This document shows, one piece after another, positions 30,084-40,235 of a stretch of DNA of 64,000 nucleotides; the first letter of the stretch is position 1, and each line of letters opens with the position of its first letter. Where the stretch lies: NCBI GenBank assembly GCA_017305135.1, contig JAFKNA010000007.1, positions 55,441 through 119,440 of the forward strand, written 5' to 3'. Position numbers and translations under genes: made by a program. The notes under the pieces were generated by a model. That model was not told where the DNA came from, ran no database searches, and saw nothing but the letters and a program-made list of their open reading frames with translations. This DNA is from Lysobacterales bacterium (GTDB taxonomy: Bacteria; Pseudomonadota; Gammaproteobacteria; Xanthomonadales; Rhodanobacteraceae).

Positions 30084-32528
30084 ATGGCGAACTACATCAC
30101 CGGTGACCATTTCAAGCTGCTGAACAAGTGGAAGGGGCAGAAGCGCGACGAGTCGAATCCCGAGCAGAACCGCGCCTACGACGAACTGAAGCAGGCCTAC
30201 GAGCTGGTTGCCGCATGGGCCGACAAGCTGAGGGCACGCTGCTTCCCCGACGGTCGTGTCGAAGTCCGCAGGAGGCCGACCAATCAGGCCAACAACTTCG
30301 CCGGTTACCTGTGGGCCAGGATCTATCCGTCACCTGATGCACCCAAGGAGCTTGCGTACACCGTCGATATCGCAGCGGGCACCGGCTTCACTGTGAAGAT
30401 CGACACCGCGGGTCTGGATGACACCGGGGCAACCCGACAGGCTTACCTCTCACTCCGCGACGCGCCCGGAACCCCGGGTTTTGTTGCGAACCTGACCGCC
30501 GAAGCTGGGCTGGGAATGAGCCTCGATGAGTTGGCCGAATGGAGCGCGAACGCGATCGGTGACTTTGTGCCGTCTTACGAGCAGCTCTGTGACGAACTCG
30601 ACCTCACGCCCCAGGCGACCGGCTTCGTGCACCAGGAACCCATGGAATTTCTCAATGGCGCGCATGGCGTGACGCTCCCGACACCACCGCCGAAACGGAA
30701 AGGACATTGCATGGATGTCTGGGTGGTGTCCCAGTCGCGCCAGCGGGAAGCCGGGAAGACGCCCTCTCGCGAGGAGGTCGCCGGCGATCCCCGATTGGCC
30801 CGATCCAACACGAACAACGTTGAACAGGAGTTCAATCGCTGGCGCAGGTGGTGGAACGAGGGGCGGTCGCCAGCTGCGGATGCCGACCATCACCCGGGTG
30901 GTGTCGCCCAGGCACGGGTACCTGGAAGGCGCGCGGCCTGGCCGATGCCAGTGAACCGCATCCTCTACGGCCCGCCTGGCACGGGCAAGACCCACCGCAC
31001 CATCGACGAGGCGGTGAAGCTGCTGGATCCGGACTTCGAAGCTGCCGCCGGCGAGGATCCCCGCGCGAGCCTCAAGGCACGTTTTGATGAACTCGTCCGC
31101 GAGAAGCGCATCCGCTTCGTCACCTTCCACCAGAGCTTCAGCTACGAGGACTTCGTCGAAGGGATTCGCGCCAAGCCGGCTGATGGTGGACCAAAGTTCG
31201 ACATCGAGCACGGAATCTTCCGCCAGATCTGCAGGGCTGCCGCAGGCTCGGCCAAGGTGGCCGAGGAGGTTGGTGTGCGCGACGGCGCGCGTATCTGGAA
31301 GCTGTCGATCGATGGCACCGACTCTAGCCAGACGCGCGACTACTGCCTGGCACACGGCGAGGCCCGCATAGGCTGGGCACATGTTGGCGATCTCCGCGAT
31401 GCGCACTTGACCGAAAACCCCGACTTCATCGCTCTGGGTAGCAATGATCGAAACACCCTGCTGACGTTCGCGTGCGAAACCGAACCTGGTGACGTGGTCC
31501 TGTGCATCGGTTCCGACACCACGGTACAAGCGATCGGCGTGATCCAGGGCGAGTATGACCATCAGCCGGAAACGCCCCTCGGCGTTCGGTCCGACTACGC
31601 GAACATCCTGCCGATCAATTGGTTGGCGACCGGACTCTCGCTGGACATCCGCCCAATCAACGATGGACGGCGGTTCACGCAGAAGACGATCTATGAAATC
31701 GACCGCTTCGGTTGGCCAAAGCTGTCGGATTTCCTCGATGCCAACGCGGTCGTTCTCGAAAGCAGCACGAAAGGAGAGCACCTGCGGGAGCTGCCGCACG
31801 TCCTCATCATCGACGAGATCAATCGCGGCAACATCTCGCGCATTTTCGGCGAGCTCATCACCCTGATCGAGCCGTCCAAGCGCAAGGGCATGCCGGAGGC
31901 GCTAGAAGTGGTGCTTCCTTATTCGAAAGATCCATTCAGCGTACCTGCCAACCTGCACCTGATCGGCACCATGAATACCGCCGACCGCTCGCTGGCGGGA
32001 CTGGATCTGGCGCTGCGCCGGCGCTTCGAGTTCGTCGAGATGCTGCCCGAGCCCGAGCTGCTGTCCAAAGTCGTCGTTGCGGGCATTCCCATCAAGGCCT
32101 TGCTCGAAAAGATCAACAGCCGCATCGAAGCCCTGCTTGGCCGCGACTACACGATCGGGCACGCCTACTTCATGGGACTCAACTCGGAATCTCCCATCGG
32201 GGAGCTCGCAGATGTATTCCAACGCAAGGTGATGCCGCTGCTGCAGGAGTACTTCTTCGAGGACTGGGAGAAGATCGCGTGGGTCTTGAACGACCACCGG
32301 AAAGAGGACGCGTCCCTGCAGTTCGTGCGCAAAAATGGCCGCAACCAGGACCTGTTCGGCCCCGACGTGGACCTGCCGCGCGCCCCGCAGGACTGGTACG
32401 TCGATCCGAAAGTCTTCACGAACGCGGCGGCCTACCGAGCAATCATTGACGCGCCAGCAGCGGGTGCGCCCGTTCCAGGCGCACCAACATCCGGCGCGGC
32501 GACAGCGGTAGCGCTGGTCACCGAATGA
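30084..32528 (+). CDS. mcrB: McrB-like GTPase (AAA+), long N-terminal sensor region
   Basis: NRILYGPPGTGKTH, FVTFHQSFSYEDFVEGIR, LIIDEINRGNISRIFGELITLIE, TMNTADRSLAGLDLALRRRFEF. The N-terminal roughly 290 aa resemble a DUF3578-type DNA reader, and there is a central insertion. Confidence 0.9.
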   Translation: MANYITGDHFKLLNKWKGQKRDESNPEQNRAYDELKQAYELVAAWADKLRARCFPDGRVEVRRRPTNQANNFAGYLWARIYPSPDAPKELAYTVDIAAGTGFTVKIDTAGLDDTGATRQAYLSLRDAPGTPGFVANLTAEAGLGMSLDELAEWSANAIGDFVPSYEQLCDELDLTPQATGFVHQEPMEFLNGAHGVTLPTPPPKRKGHCMDVWVVSQSRQREAGKTPSREEVAGDPRLARSNTNNVEQEFNRWRRWWNEGRSPAADADHHPGGVAQARVPGRRAAWPMPVNRILYGPPGTGKTHRTIDEAVKLLDPDFEAAAGEDPRASLKARFDELVREKRIRFVTFHQSFSYEDFVEGIRAKPADGGPKFDIEHGIFRQICRAAAGSAKVAEEVGVRDGARIWKLSIDGTDSSQTRDYCLAHGEARIGWAHVGDLRDAHLTENPDFIALGSNDRNTLLTFACETEPGDVVLCIGSDTTVQAIGVIQGEYDHQPETPLGVRSDYANILPINWLATGLSLDIRPINDGRRFTQKTIYEIDRFGWPKLSDFLDANAVVLESSTKGEHLRELPHVLIIDEINRGNISRIFGELITLIEPSKRKGMPEALEVVLPYSKDPFSVPANLHLIGTMNTADRSLAGLDLALRRRFEFVEMLPEPELLSKVVVAGIPIKALLEKINSRIEALLGRDYTIGHAYFMGLNSESPIGELADVFQRKVMPLLQEYFFEDWEKIAWVLNDHRKEDASLQFVRKNGRNQDLFGPDVDLPRAPQDWYVDPKVFTNAAAYRAIIDAPAAGAPVPGAPTSGAATAVALVTE

Positions 32529-33829
32529 ACCTGATCAGCGTCCGCGAGCACGCCCGGATTGCCGCAGGGCCGCTGGCGGCGGAAAGCCTCGATTCGGCGA
32601 CGATCCCACATTCCGCGTTCGACTGGCTATGCCGCGAGTCGGCACGCCTGCGGAAGAACGGCGCGGTGTTGGTGCAGCTCGAGGAGCGGCACGCGCTGCG
32701 CCTCGACAACTATGTGGGCGTGCTGGAAACCCCGTGCGGCACCCGCATCGAGATCCTGCCCAAGCATGTGGATGGCGTGGCAGGCACCGCCGCCGCACGC
32801 AAGGCATTGGTCAACATGCTGCGCCATGGGCTGCACCTTCCGACTCGCGACACCGGGCCAACGGCGCTGCACACCTTTGACAGGCCGGTTAGCGAATGGA
32901 TCCTCGGCGAGTTCCTTTCCGAGCTGGATGCGCTGGTCCGGCGCGGTCCCAGGTTCGACTACAAGACTGTCGAGGAAGAAGCCCGTTTCCTTCGCGGCCG
33001 TCTGCGCGTGGCCGCCCAGATCCGCCAGCCAACCGGGCGCCAGCACCTGTTCCAGGTGGAGCACCAGATCTTCGATGCCGATTGCGCGGAGAACCGGCTG
33101 CTCGTTTCCGCTCTCGCCAAGGCGGCGGCCCTGACTCGCGACCCCGGCAACTGGCGCCGCGCGCACGAGCTGCAGCACCAGCTTGCCGATATCCAGCGCA
33201 GCCATGACATCGGCGACGACTTCCGGCGCTGGCGCGACGACCGACTGATGGCGCGCTACCGCGCGCTGCGGCCTTGGTGCGAGCTGATCCTGAAGGACCG
33301 CGATCCGAGTTCCGTGCTCGGCGACTGGACCGGGCGCAGCCTGCTGTTCCCGATGGAAAGGGTGTTCGAGACGTATGTCGGTGTTTGTCTTCAACGCACG
33401 CTTGCTGCCGGTATCCGGCCCGGCAAGCCTCGCTCGGAATATCTCTGCCGCCAGGGCGAGCGCCGCGCGTTCCAGTTGAAGCCGGACTTCCTGATCAGGC
33501 ATGGAGATTCGGCCTGGGTGGTGGACGCCAAGTGGAAGCGCCTCGACAGCGCTGCGCAGGACACCAACTACGGGCTTGGCCAAGGCGATGTCTACCAGCT
33601 TCATGCCTACGCCCACCACTATGCGAAGGGCTGCGGACAACTCATCCTGGTGTTCCCGCGGACCGGCTCGTTCAGCGCGCCGCTGGAACCCTTCGTCTTC
33701 CAGGGAGGCCACCAGTTGCACGTCATCCCGCTCGATGTGACCAGCGGTACATTCGTCACGGACGTGTCTGGGCACTTCCCCTGGGCTCCGCAATCGCGCG
33801 CGCACCACGGAAGCTCACTGGTAGGATGA
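32525..33829 (+). CDS. mcrC: McrC-like nuclease subunit
   Basis: ATGA overlap with mcrB. PD-(D/E)xK core LKPDFLIRHGDSAWVVDAKWKRL. Confidence 0.85.
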   Translation: MNLISVREHARIAAGPLAAESLDSATIPHSAFDWLCRESARLRKNGAVLVQLEERHALRLDNYVGVLETPCGTRIEILPKHVDGVAGTAAARKALVNMLRHGLHLPTRDTGPTALHTFDRPVSEWILGEFLSELDALVRRGPRFDYKTVEEEARFLRGRLRVAAQIRQPTGRQHLFQVEHQIFDADCAENRLLVSALAKAAALTRDPGNWRRAHELQHQLADIQRSHDIGDDFRRWRDDRLMARYRALRPWCELILKDRDPSSVLGDWTGRSLLFPMERVFETYVGVCLQRTLAAGIRPGKPRSEYLCRQGERRAFQLKPDFLIRHGDSAWVVDAKWKRLDSAAQDTNYGLGQGDVYQLHAYAHHYAKGCGQLILVFPRTGSFSAPLEPFVFQGGHQLHVIPLDVTSGTFVTDVSGHFPWAPQSRAHHGSSLVG

Positions 33830-33853
33830 CCCGAATCCACGGCGAGTCCGACC

Positions 33854-34128
33854 ATGTGCTCCTCGACTCAGATCCAGCAGGACTACAAGAAGTACGTGCT
33901 CCTGTGGGGCGCCGATATCAGCCAACGAGCCGGACCTGCTGTCCTTTGCCGCCATCACCGACGAGCCACCGCACGAGGTGGCCGCGGCTGGCCATGATCG
34001 CTGCGTATTCCGATCAAGCCAGAACACGTGGGCGCATGGCTGAATCCCGATCCTGCGATTCTGGCCGCATTGCAGGCCATCCTCGACGATCGCGAACGGC
34101 CATATACGAGCACCAGAAAGCGGCGTGA
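33854..34128 (+). pseudogene. SOS-response-associated peptidase (SRAP/YedK family) remnant
   Basis: Starts MCSS (catalytic Cys2). After an internal deletion it reads LSFAAITDEPPHEVAAAGHDRCV, then a frameshift into IPIKPEHVGAWLNPDPAILAALQAILDDRERP. Confidence 0.6.
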
Positions 34129-34367
34129 GGCGAGGAAGCGGACTCGGGTACCGTGGTCTGACAGCCGTCAATCCGGGTAGGCTGCTTTCGGCCAGAGGTA
34201 GCCTTGCGGCTGCTGTGGGACGCTGTGGGACGCCATGGAGCAGTCATTCGACCGCACCTGATCTGGTCACGCCCGAGAACCGATCAAGCTATTAGCAGTG
34301 GCGTCGCCGCGAGACAAGTGCATGCGTTACAATTCCAGAACATAAAAATAGGGGTGGCTGGGGCGCG

Positions 34368-36233
34368 ATGTGGTCAGATAACGAGACAACAGTTGACTAC
34401 CTAAACTTCGGTGTCGTCGCCGACGCGTGTGCGAACCTTTTACAGCAAGCTAGGGGAATGCCGCTCTCGGTCGGCATCTCCGGCGGCTGGGGGGTCGGCA
34501 AGACCTCGCTCGTCCGGATGATTGAGGGCCGACTGAAACAGGCCGATACGCCAGGGCAGAACAGCTATGTCGTCGTTACTTTCAACCCTTGGCTCTATCA
34601 GGACTTCGAGGGCGCCCGCAACGCATTGCTGCAACTCGTCGGCGACGAAATCCTGCGGCTCGCGGCCAAGGACGAGGGCCTGCTGAAGAAGGCCAAGAGG
34701 CTCCTGAAACGCATCAACCTCCTTCGACTGGCTCAATTGGGCGGTGAAGCTGCCGCAACGCTCTACACAGGCGTGCCGGTCGGCAACATCGGCGCTGCCG
34801 TCATGAAGGTGGCAGGGATCTTCGGGCTCGGTACCGGGGACGACGCCGAGGAGGGCGGGAAAGGCAAGGCGGACAAGGAGAAGGATGATGGCTTGCTCAG
34901 GCCAGCCGAACCGATATCGTTGCCCAACGAGATTCAGGCCTTCCGCAACGCCCTCGAGGAGCTGCTTGAGCAGTTGAAGGTCACGCTGGTCGTCTTCGTC
35001 GATGACTTGGACCGCTGTCTTCCGAAGACTGCCATCTCAACGCTCGAGTCGATTCGTCTCCTCCTCTTCCTAAAGCGGAGTGCCTTCGTCGTTGCGGCCG
35101 ACAACGAGTTCATTCGTGGAGCAGTACGCGTTCACTTCGAGGGCACGGGCATCTCGGGCGAGGTTGCGACAAACTACTTCGACAAGCTCATCCAGGTTCC
35201 GTTGCATGTCCCTCGTCTGGGCATCAACGAGGCGAAGGCCTACTTGGCGCTCCTGCTAATGGAGCGGGCGCATGCCGACGGCCGCTTTGACGCCAGCAAG
35301 TTCGAGGCTGCCAGGAAGGCCATTCCCGAGCAGCTGCAAACGAGCTGGAAAGGCAATGCCGTCACGACCGATTTCCTGCAGAGTCAGGTCGGTGCGGACA
35401 ATGCTGAGATGATGGCGCTGATGCAGTTGGCGGAAGGATTGGCGCCGTTGCTGACCACCTCCAGCGCGGTGAACGCAAACCCGCGGTTAATGAAGCGGTT
35501 CTTGAACACGGTGTACCTCCGGTCTGCCCTGGCTGCGCCACAAGGCATCAGTCTCGACATCCCGTCCCTCGCAAAGTGGCACCTTGTCGAACGTTGCGAC
35601 GAGACGCTGGCGAACGCTTTGGCAGCGAGGGTCACATCTGCGTCTGACGGCCGGGTACCTGCACTGCAAGCCGCAGAGGCAGCCGCGGCTGGCGGCCCCG
35701 ACGAGCACCTGCCGGAACCTTTCAAAGACGATGTCTTCACGCGCGAGTGGCTGCAATTGCGGCCCGCGCTGGGCGAGACAGACCTTCGCCCCTTGCTGCA
35801 CCTCAGCAGAGATACTGCAACGCGGGACTTTGGCGCTGACAACATGACTGCTGAAGGCCGCGCCCTCCGGGACGCTTTGGCTAGCGCAACGGCGCCAAAT
35901 GGTCCGCTGACCGAAGCCATCAAGGCGGCTGGAGCAATCCAAGCAGGGATGGCGATGGGCAAAGCATGGCAGTTGAAGGCCTCAAAGCGAACGTGGCGCT
36001 CGCTCGAGGATGTCGTGCCGCTTATCGAGCCTTGCAAGGTCTATTCAGAGCTGGCGGCCCAAGCATCAGCGCTGCTGGCTGAAGCACCAGTGGCGAAGGT
36101 CGGACCTGGCGTCATTCCCCTCCTGTACGCGCAAGCGTGGGCTCGCCCAACAGTCGACAAGTGGGAGACGGACGCGTCCGTCGACAAGCCAACCAAGGCG
36201 GCTATTCAGCAGGCAAAGAAGGGGACGCGGTAG
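34368..36233 (+). CDS. qatA: KAP-family P-loop NTPase, QatA
   Basis: ISGGWGVGKTSLV (Walker A), LVVFVDDLDRCLP (Walker B), YFDKLIQVPLHVP. First gene of the four-gene Qat arrangement. Confidence 0.9.
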   Translation: MWSDNETTVDYLNFGVVADACANLLQQARGMPLSVGISGGWGVGKTSLVRMIEGRLKQADTPGQNSYVVVTFNPWLYQDFEGARNALLQLVGDEILRLAAKDEGLLKKAKRLLKRINLLRLAQLGGEAAATLYTGVPVGNIGAAVMKVAGIFGLGTGDDAEEGGKGKADKEKDDGLLRPAEPISLPNEIQAFRNALEELLEQLKVTLVVFVDDLDRCLPKTAISTLESIRLLLFLKRSAFVVAADNEFIRGAVRVHFEGTGISGEVATNYFDKLIQVPLHVPRLGINEAKAYLALLLMERAHADGRFDASKFEAARKAIPEQLQTSWKGNAVTTDFLQSQVGADNAEMMALMQLAEGLAPLLTTSSAVNANPRLMKRFLNTVYLRSALAAPQGISLDIPSLAKWHLVERCDETLANALAARVTSASDGRVPALQAAEAAAAGGPDEHLPEPFKDDVFTREWLQLRPALGETDLRPLLHLSRDTATRDFGADNMTAEGRALRDALASATAPNGPLTEAIKAAGAIQAGMAMGKAWQLKASKRTWRSLEDVVPLIEPCKVYSELAAQASALLAEAPVAKVGPGVIPLLYAQAWARPTVDKWETDASVDKPTKAAIQQAKKGTR

Positions 36234-37096
36234 TGGGAACCTCGACATCAAGCTCGGGTGGCAAGGCCGGCTCCCCCTTCGATCCTGAGTGGCTAACACC
36301 CGAGGGATCCGCTGCGGGCACAGCCGGTGGCGATGACGCTGCTGGCGACGGAGACCAAGATGGGAGTGACGACTCCGCCGCGTCGGGCGGCGTCGACACA
36401 CAGGCCGGTCCTGGCGAGGAAGGTGCAGCAGAAGCGGCCTTCGCACCCAGTCGCAGATTCGCCGACGCGCGAACCAAGATGTCTGCCTACTTGGGCGGCG
36501 GCGGACGTGAGTTATTAAGGTCGGCCACAAAGAGCATGGTTACCAGGGGCATGGGTGGGGCGCGCCGCGCCGCTTCGACCATGCGAGGCACGGCCCAAGG
36601 CACCGGAGCCCTCGGTGAGTTCTTGGCGTCCGCCCGCGACAGGTCCAACCCTCGTGTCGTCGACTGGGTCAATCGAACTCGGCAGGCGAACCTGGCCGCC
36701 GACGACCTCATTTTGGAGCTGGTCAAGGAGGTCATGCCGGGAACCGGCAGCGTCGACGACGAATCGCTGCGCAATGCCGCAGCAGAAGCACTTGGGCAAC
36801 TCTATGAGTTGAACCCCAATGTCGACATCTTCGACCTCACCGACGCGCAGATTCACGAAGTCATGGCCATCACGATTGCCAACGACGTCTGCAATCGCAT
36901 GGACCTTCAGCTCGGGCAGGCATACGAGAAGCTGAAGTACAACGCGCTACAGATTCAGCTGTATCGGAAAGACGTGAAGGAATACGTGCAGTCGGCGGTT
37001 CGCGTCGTCATGGAGCGACTCGGCGCGGCGGGACTCGACCCCAAGCGTCTCGCTCGTGAAGTGCTCCAGTCTGCAATGGAGGTGTTCGCATCATGA
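36233..37096 (+). CDS. qatB: QatB (unknown function)
   Basis: GTG 36233 overlaps the qatA TAG (TAGTG). Disordered acidic/Gly N-terminus, then a helical domain. Assigned by position in the Qat operon. Confidence 0.75.
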   Translation: MGTSTSSSGGKAGSPFDPEWLTPEGSAAGTAGGDDAAGDGDQDGSDDSAASGGVDTQAGPGEEGAAEAAFAPSRRFADARTKMSAYLGGGGRELLRSATKSMVTRGMGGARRAASTMRGTAQGTGALGEFLASARDRSNPRVVDWVNRTRQANLAADDLILELVKEVMPGTGSVDDESLRNAAAEALGQLYELNPNVDIFDLTDAQIHEVMAITIANDVCNRMDLQLGQAYEKLKYNALQIQLYRKDVKEYVQSAVRVVMERLGAAGLDPKRLAREVLQSAMEVFAS

Positions 37097-38358
37097 TGAA
37101 GGTGCTTTGCACGTCCGTTGACCATCTGCCCGCGACACTCGCGCAAGGCGAACGTGCCTTCACGCTGTTCAAGAGCGCCAAGCGTGCTGGCGTTGGAACC
37201 ATCGCGCAGGGCTGGCGCGGGTCGCTGAAGCGGAAGGGCTTTGCGCCAAGCGTCCAAGCTTGGGACTTCGCGCAGTTCTGCCTGTCCGTATGCGCGGCTG
37301 ACCTCAGCTGCCCACGGAACAACAGCGCCGACGGCTGGACGCGAGCCATTGAGCTGACGGTCGCGCTGCACGAACCTCTTCGGTGGGCGCCATGGAAGGC
37401 CCATGTTGAGGCCCTGCTAAAGGTCCTGACTGGGGACTACTGGACGCTCAACTTTGTAGGCGGAGGTGTTGCGCCACCGAGCGGAAGGCCGCAGCCACTG
37501 GCGCACGATTGCGTTTGCCTGCTGTCTGGGGGACTCGACAGTCTCATCGGGGGCATCAACCTGGTTACCGACGGGCGTCGTCCGGTATTCGTCTCGCAGC
37601 TGGCGCACGAAGACTCTGAGCGGCAGCGCCGATACGCCACCTTGCTCGGCGGGGGCGCGACCCACATGCAGTGGAGCCACGGCATCAGCTTTTCGGGTAG
37701 CCGAGAACCATCGACGCGAGGTCGCTCACTGGCGTTCTATGGGTTCGCAATTATGGCCGCGTCAAGGATTGCAGGCGCACCGGTGCAGGTCTTCATCCCC
37801 GAGAACGGCTTCATCTGCGTCAACCCGCCACTGGTCCCTGGCCGCGTATCCAGCCTTAGCACCCGCACGACGCACCCGATGTTCATCGCCGAGCTGCAGG
37901 AGCTCCTTGATGGCCTCGGCATCGCCGTAAAGTTCGAATTGCCCTATCGATTCAAGACGAAGGGCCAGATGCTCCGCGAGTGTGCGGATCAGACCTTGCT
38001 GAGCACCGTAGCCGCTGACTCAACGAGCTGCGGACGATTCCGAACGTACAACCGTGTGCATTGCGGACGCTGCGTTCCCTGCATGATTCGTCGGGCTGCG
38101 TTTTTGGCCTGGGGGCCGCGGCGCGACACGACCCGGTACAAGTTCCCGTCCGTCGTTGGCTCGGACAAGTCGAGTGGACCGGATGACCCGATGGCCGCGG
38201 CGCTGGCGGTACTGTCTGTGCGCGAAATGGGGTTGGACCGCTTCCTCGGCGCCACCCTGGCCTTTGCTTCGCCCGCTGAGCGGGCCACGTATCGGCAGGT
38301 GCTCCAATCGGGGCTCAACGAGCTTGAGGCGCTACTACAGGCAGATGGGCTTCTATGA
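37093..38358 (+). CDS. qatC: QueC-like PP-loop ATPase, QatC
   Basis: ATGA overlap with qatB. PP-loop CLLSGGLDSLIGG and Cys cluster CGRFRTYNRVHCGRCVPCMIRR. Confidence 0.88.
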   Translation: MMKVLCTSVDHLPATLAQGERAFTLFKSAKRAGVGTIAQGWRGSLKRKGFAPSVQAWDFAQFCLSVCAADLSCPRNNSADGWTRAIELTVALHEPLRWAPWKAHVEALLKVLTGDYWTLNFVGGGVAPPSGRPQPLAHDCVCLLSGGLDSLIGGINLVTDGRRPVFVSQLAHEDSERQRRYATLLGGGATHMQWSHGISFSGSREPSTRGRSLAFYGFAIMAASRIAGAPVQVFIPENGFICVNPPLVPGRVSSLSTRTTHPMFIAELQELLDGLGIAVKFELPYRFKTKGQMLRECADQTLLSTVAADSTSCGRFRTYNRVHCGRCVPCMIRRAAFLAWGPRRDTTRYKFPSVVGSDKSSGPDDPMAAALAVLSVREMGLDRFLGATLAFASPAERATYRQVLQSGLNELEALLQADGLL

Positions 38359-39095
38359 TGGACTTTCACTGCCACCTTGACCTCTACCCCGGGGCAAGGG
38401 AGGTCTATCGTGAAGCGGCTCAGCGCAACGAGTTCACATGGTTGGTGACCACGAGCCCGAGGGCGTTCGCAGCCACATCGCGAGCGTTGGAGGCCTATCC
38501 CGCAGTGCTCATCACGCCTGGTCTGCATCCAGAGATTGCGCACGAGCGAGCATCAGAACTGGACCTGCTGCTAGAGCAGATTGCTGGGGCGAAGGGCGTC
38601 GGTGAGGTAGGCCTTGATGGGTCGCCACGGTTCAAGCCTCATTACGACGTCCAGCGTCGCATCTTTAGGGCGGTTATCGCGCGCTGCGCTGAGTTGGGTG
38701 GCCGCACGCTCAGCATTCACTCCCGGCGCGCAGTGAGAGATGTACTGGCCGACCTGGAGCGATATCCGAACTTCGGGACCGCTGTCTTGCACTGGTTCTC
38801 GGGATCCTCGGCTGAGCTCAAGGCAGCAGCAGCCCGTGGATGCTGGTTCAGCGTCGGGCCAGCGATGTGCGCTTCTGCGAGCGGGCGTGCGTTGGCGGCA
38901 GCCATGCCCCGCGACCGAGTCGTGCCGGAGAGCGATGGCCCCTTTGCCAAGATTGAAGGCAAGCTGGTAATGCCTTGGAGCGCGAGGCAGACAGCCGAAG
39001 CGCTGAGCCCTCTGTGGGGGCTATCTCGCAACGCGACCATCGACACCATCACACGAAACGGACGCAAGTTGGTGCGCCTTATTGAGAAGACGTAG
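38355..39095 (+). CDS. qatD: TatD-family metallo-hydrolase, QatD
   Basis: ATGA overlap with qatC. Motifs MMDFHCHLD, GEVGLDG, SIHSR, HWFSG. Confidence 0.9.
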   Translation: MMDFHCHLDLYPGAREVYREAAQRNEFTWLVTTSPRAFAATSRALEAYPAVLITPGLHPEIAHERASELDLLLEQIAGAKGVGEVGLDGSPRFKPHYDVQRRIFRAVIARCAELGGRTLSIHSRRAVRDVLADLERYPNFGTAVLHWFSGSSAELKAAAARGCWFSVGPAMCASASGRALAAAMPRDRVVPESDGPFAKIEGKLVMPWSARQTAEALSPLWGLSRNATIDTITRNGRKLVRLIEKT

Positions 39096-39227
39096 AGCTA
39101 ACCAGTCGGCCGAACGGGCTCCGGCAAGCTTTGATCTCCCCCAGGTGCGCCGAGTATGCGCTGGCTCTTGTCCATCGCACGGGCTTGAGCGGCGGAGCTT
39201 TGGGGTCGGAAGCAGCCTTGGGCGGTC

Positions 39228-40235
39228 TCAAGAATCAAGTGCAACACGTGAGCGGTAATCAGCCATTTCCTGGGCCAGCGCTTCTTCGGGGGTTTTCCAG
39301 CCCAGCGTCTGGCGGGGACGGCCGTTCATGAGACGCGCGATGTCATTGAGTTCGGTCTGGCTGACCTGCGACAGGTCGGTGCCCTTGGGCAGGAACTGGC
39401 GCAGGAGACCGTTGGTGTTCTCGTTGCTGCCGCGCTGCCAGGGGGCGTGGGGATCGGCGAACCAGATGTCGATGTTGAGGCGCTTGGCCAGGTCGGCATG
39501 GCAGGCCATCTCGCTGCCGCGGTCGTAGGTCAGGCTCTCGCGCAGGAACGCAGGGAGCTTGCGCATCTGCCGGGTGAAGCCCGCGAGCGCGTCCTGCGCG
39601 GTGCAGCCGTCCATGCGGCATAGCACCACAAAGCGCGTCTTGCGCTCGACCAGGGTGCCGACGGCGGAGCGGTTGTACGCGCCCTTGATGAAGTCGCCCT
39701 CCCAGTGGCCCGGGAGCTTGCGCGCGGACACGTCTTCGGGTCGGTGCACGATACGCAGTTCTTCGGGGACGAAGCCGCCGCGCGCCGCGGTGGTGCGTCG
39801 TCGCCCGCGGGTCTGCTTGGCCTGTCGCAGCGCCTCGACCAGCCCCTTCTTCAAGGCGCCACGCGGGTGCGCGTAGATGGCGGCGTAGATGGTCTCGTGG
39901 CTGACCTGCCGGGCAGGTTCATGCGGGTACATGGTGCGCAGTCTGGCGGCAATCTGCTGGGGCGACCAGCGCCAGTAGAGCAGTCGATCATGCACGTGCT
40001 GGTACAGCCAGGTGCCACGGCCAAGCTTGTGCCTTCGCACACTCCGGGCGCGACGACAGCGGTAGCCATGCGCCGCGACGGTCGCGTCGTATCCGCCACC
40101 AGATTGATATGTCCGAACCGGTTCCTCACAGCAAGAGCCCGTGCCTCCTGCATTTGAGACTCGATATTCTGCACCTGAGCGGGATACGAGCGTTCGATAA
40201 TGTAACTGGCCGCATAATTGCATTACTGACCACAT
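39228..40235 (-). CDS. IS30-family transposase
   Basis: WSPQQIAARL, GHWEGDFIKG, TLVERKTRFV, LTYDRGSEMA, FADPHAPWQRGSNENTNGLLRQFLPKG (DDE). The N-terminal HTH region looks degenerate and the start is uncertain. The element ends were not resolved. Confidence 0.85.
   Translation of the reverse strand: MWSVMQLCGQLHYRTLVSRSGAEYRVSNAGGTGSCCEEPVRTYQSGGGYDATVAAHGYRCRRARSVRRHKLGRGTWLYQHVHDRLLYWRWSPQQIAARLRTMYPHEPARQVSHETIYAAIYAHPRGALKKGLVEALRQAKQTRGRRRTTAARGGFVPEELRIVHRPEDVSARKLPGHWEGDFIKGAYNRSAVGTLVERKTRFVVLCRMDGCTAQDALAGFTRQMRKLPAFLRESLTYDRGSEMACHADLAKRLNIDIWFADPHAPWQRGSNENTNGLLRQFLPKGTDLSQVSQTELNDIARLMNGRPRQTLGWKTPEEALAQEMADYRSRVALDS

Noticed and set aside
39096-39227. Possible attR (repeat of the tRNA-Met 3' end) closing the island after qatD
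   Set aside because: No match to GGTGGTTCGATCCCACCCATAGCCACCA is visible here or elsewhere in the window by eye. This needs a computational search before any boundary claim.
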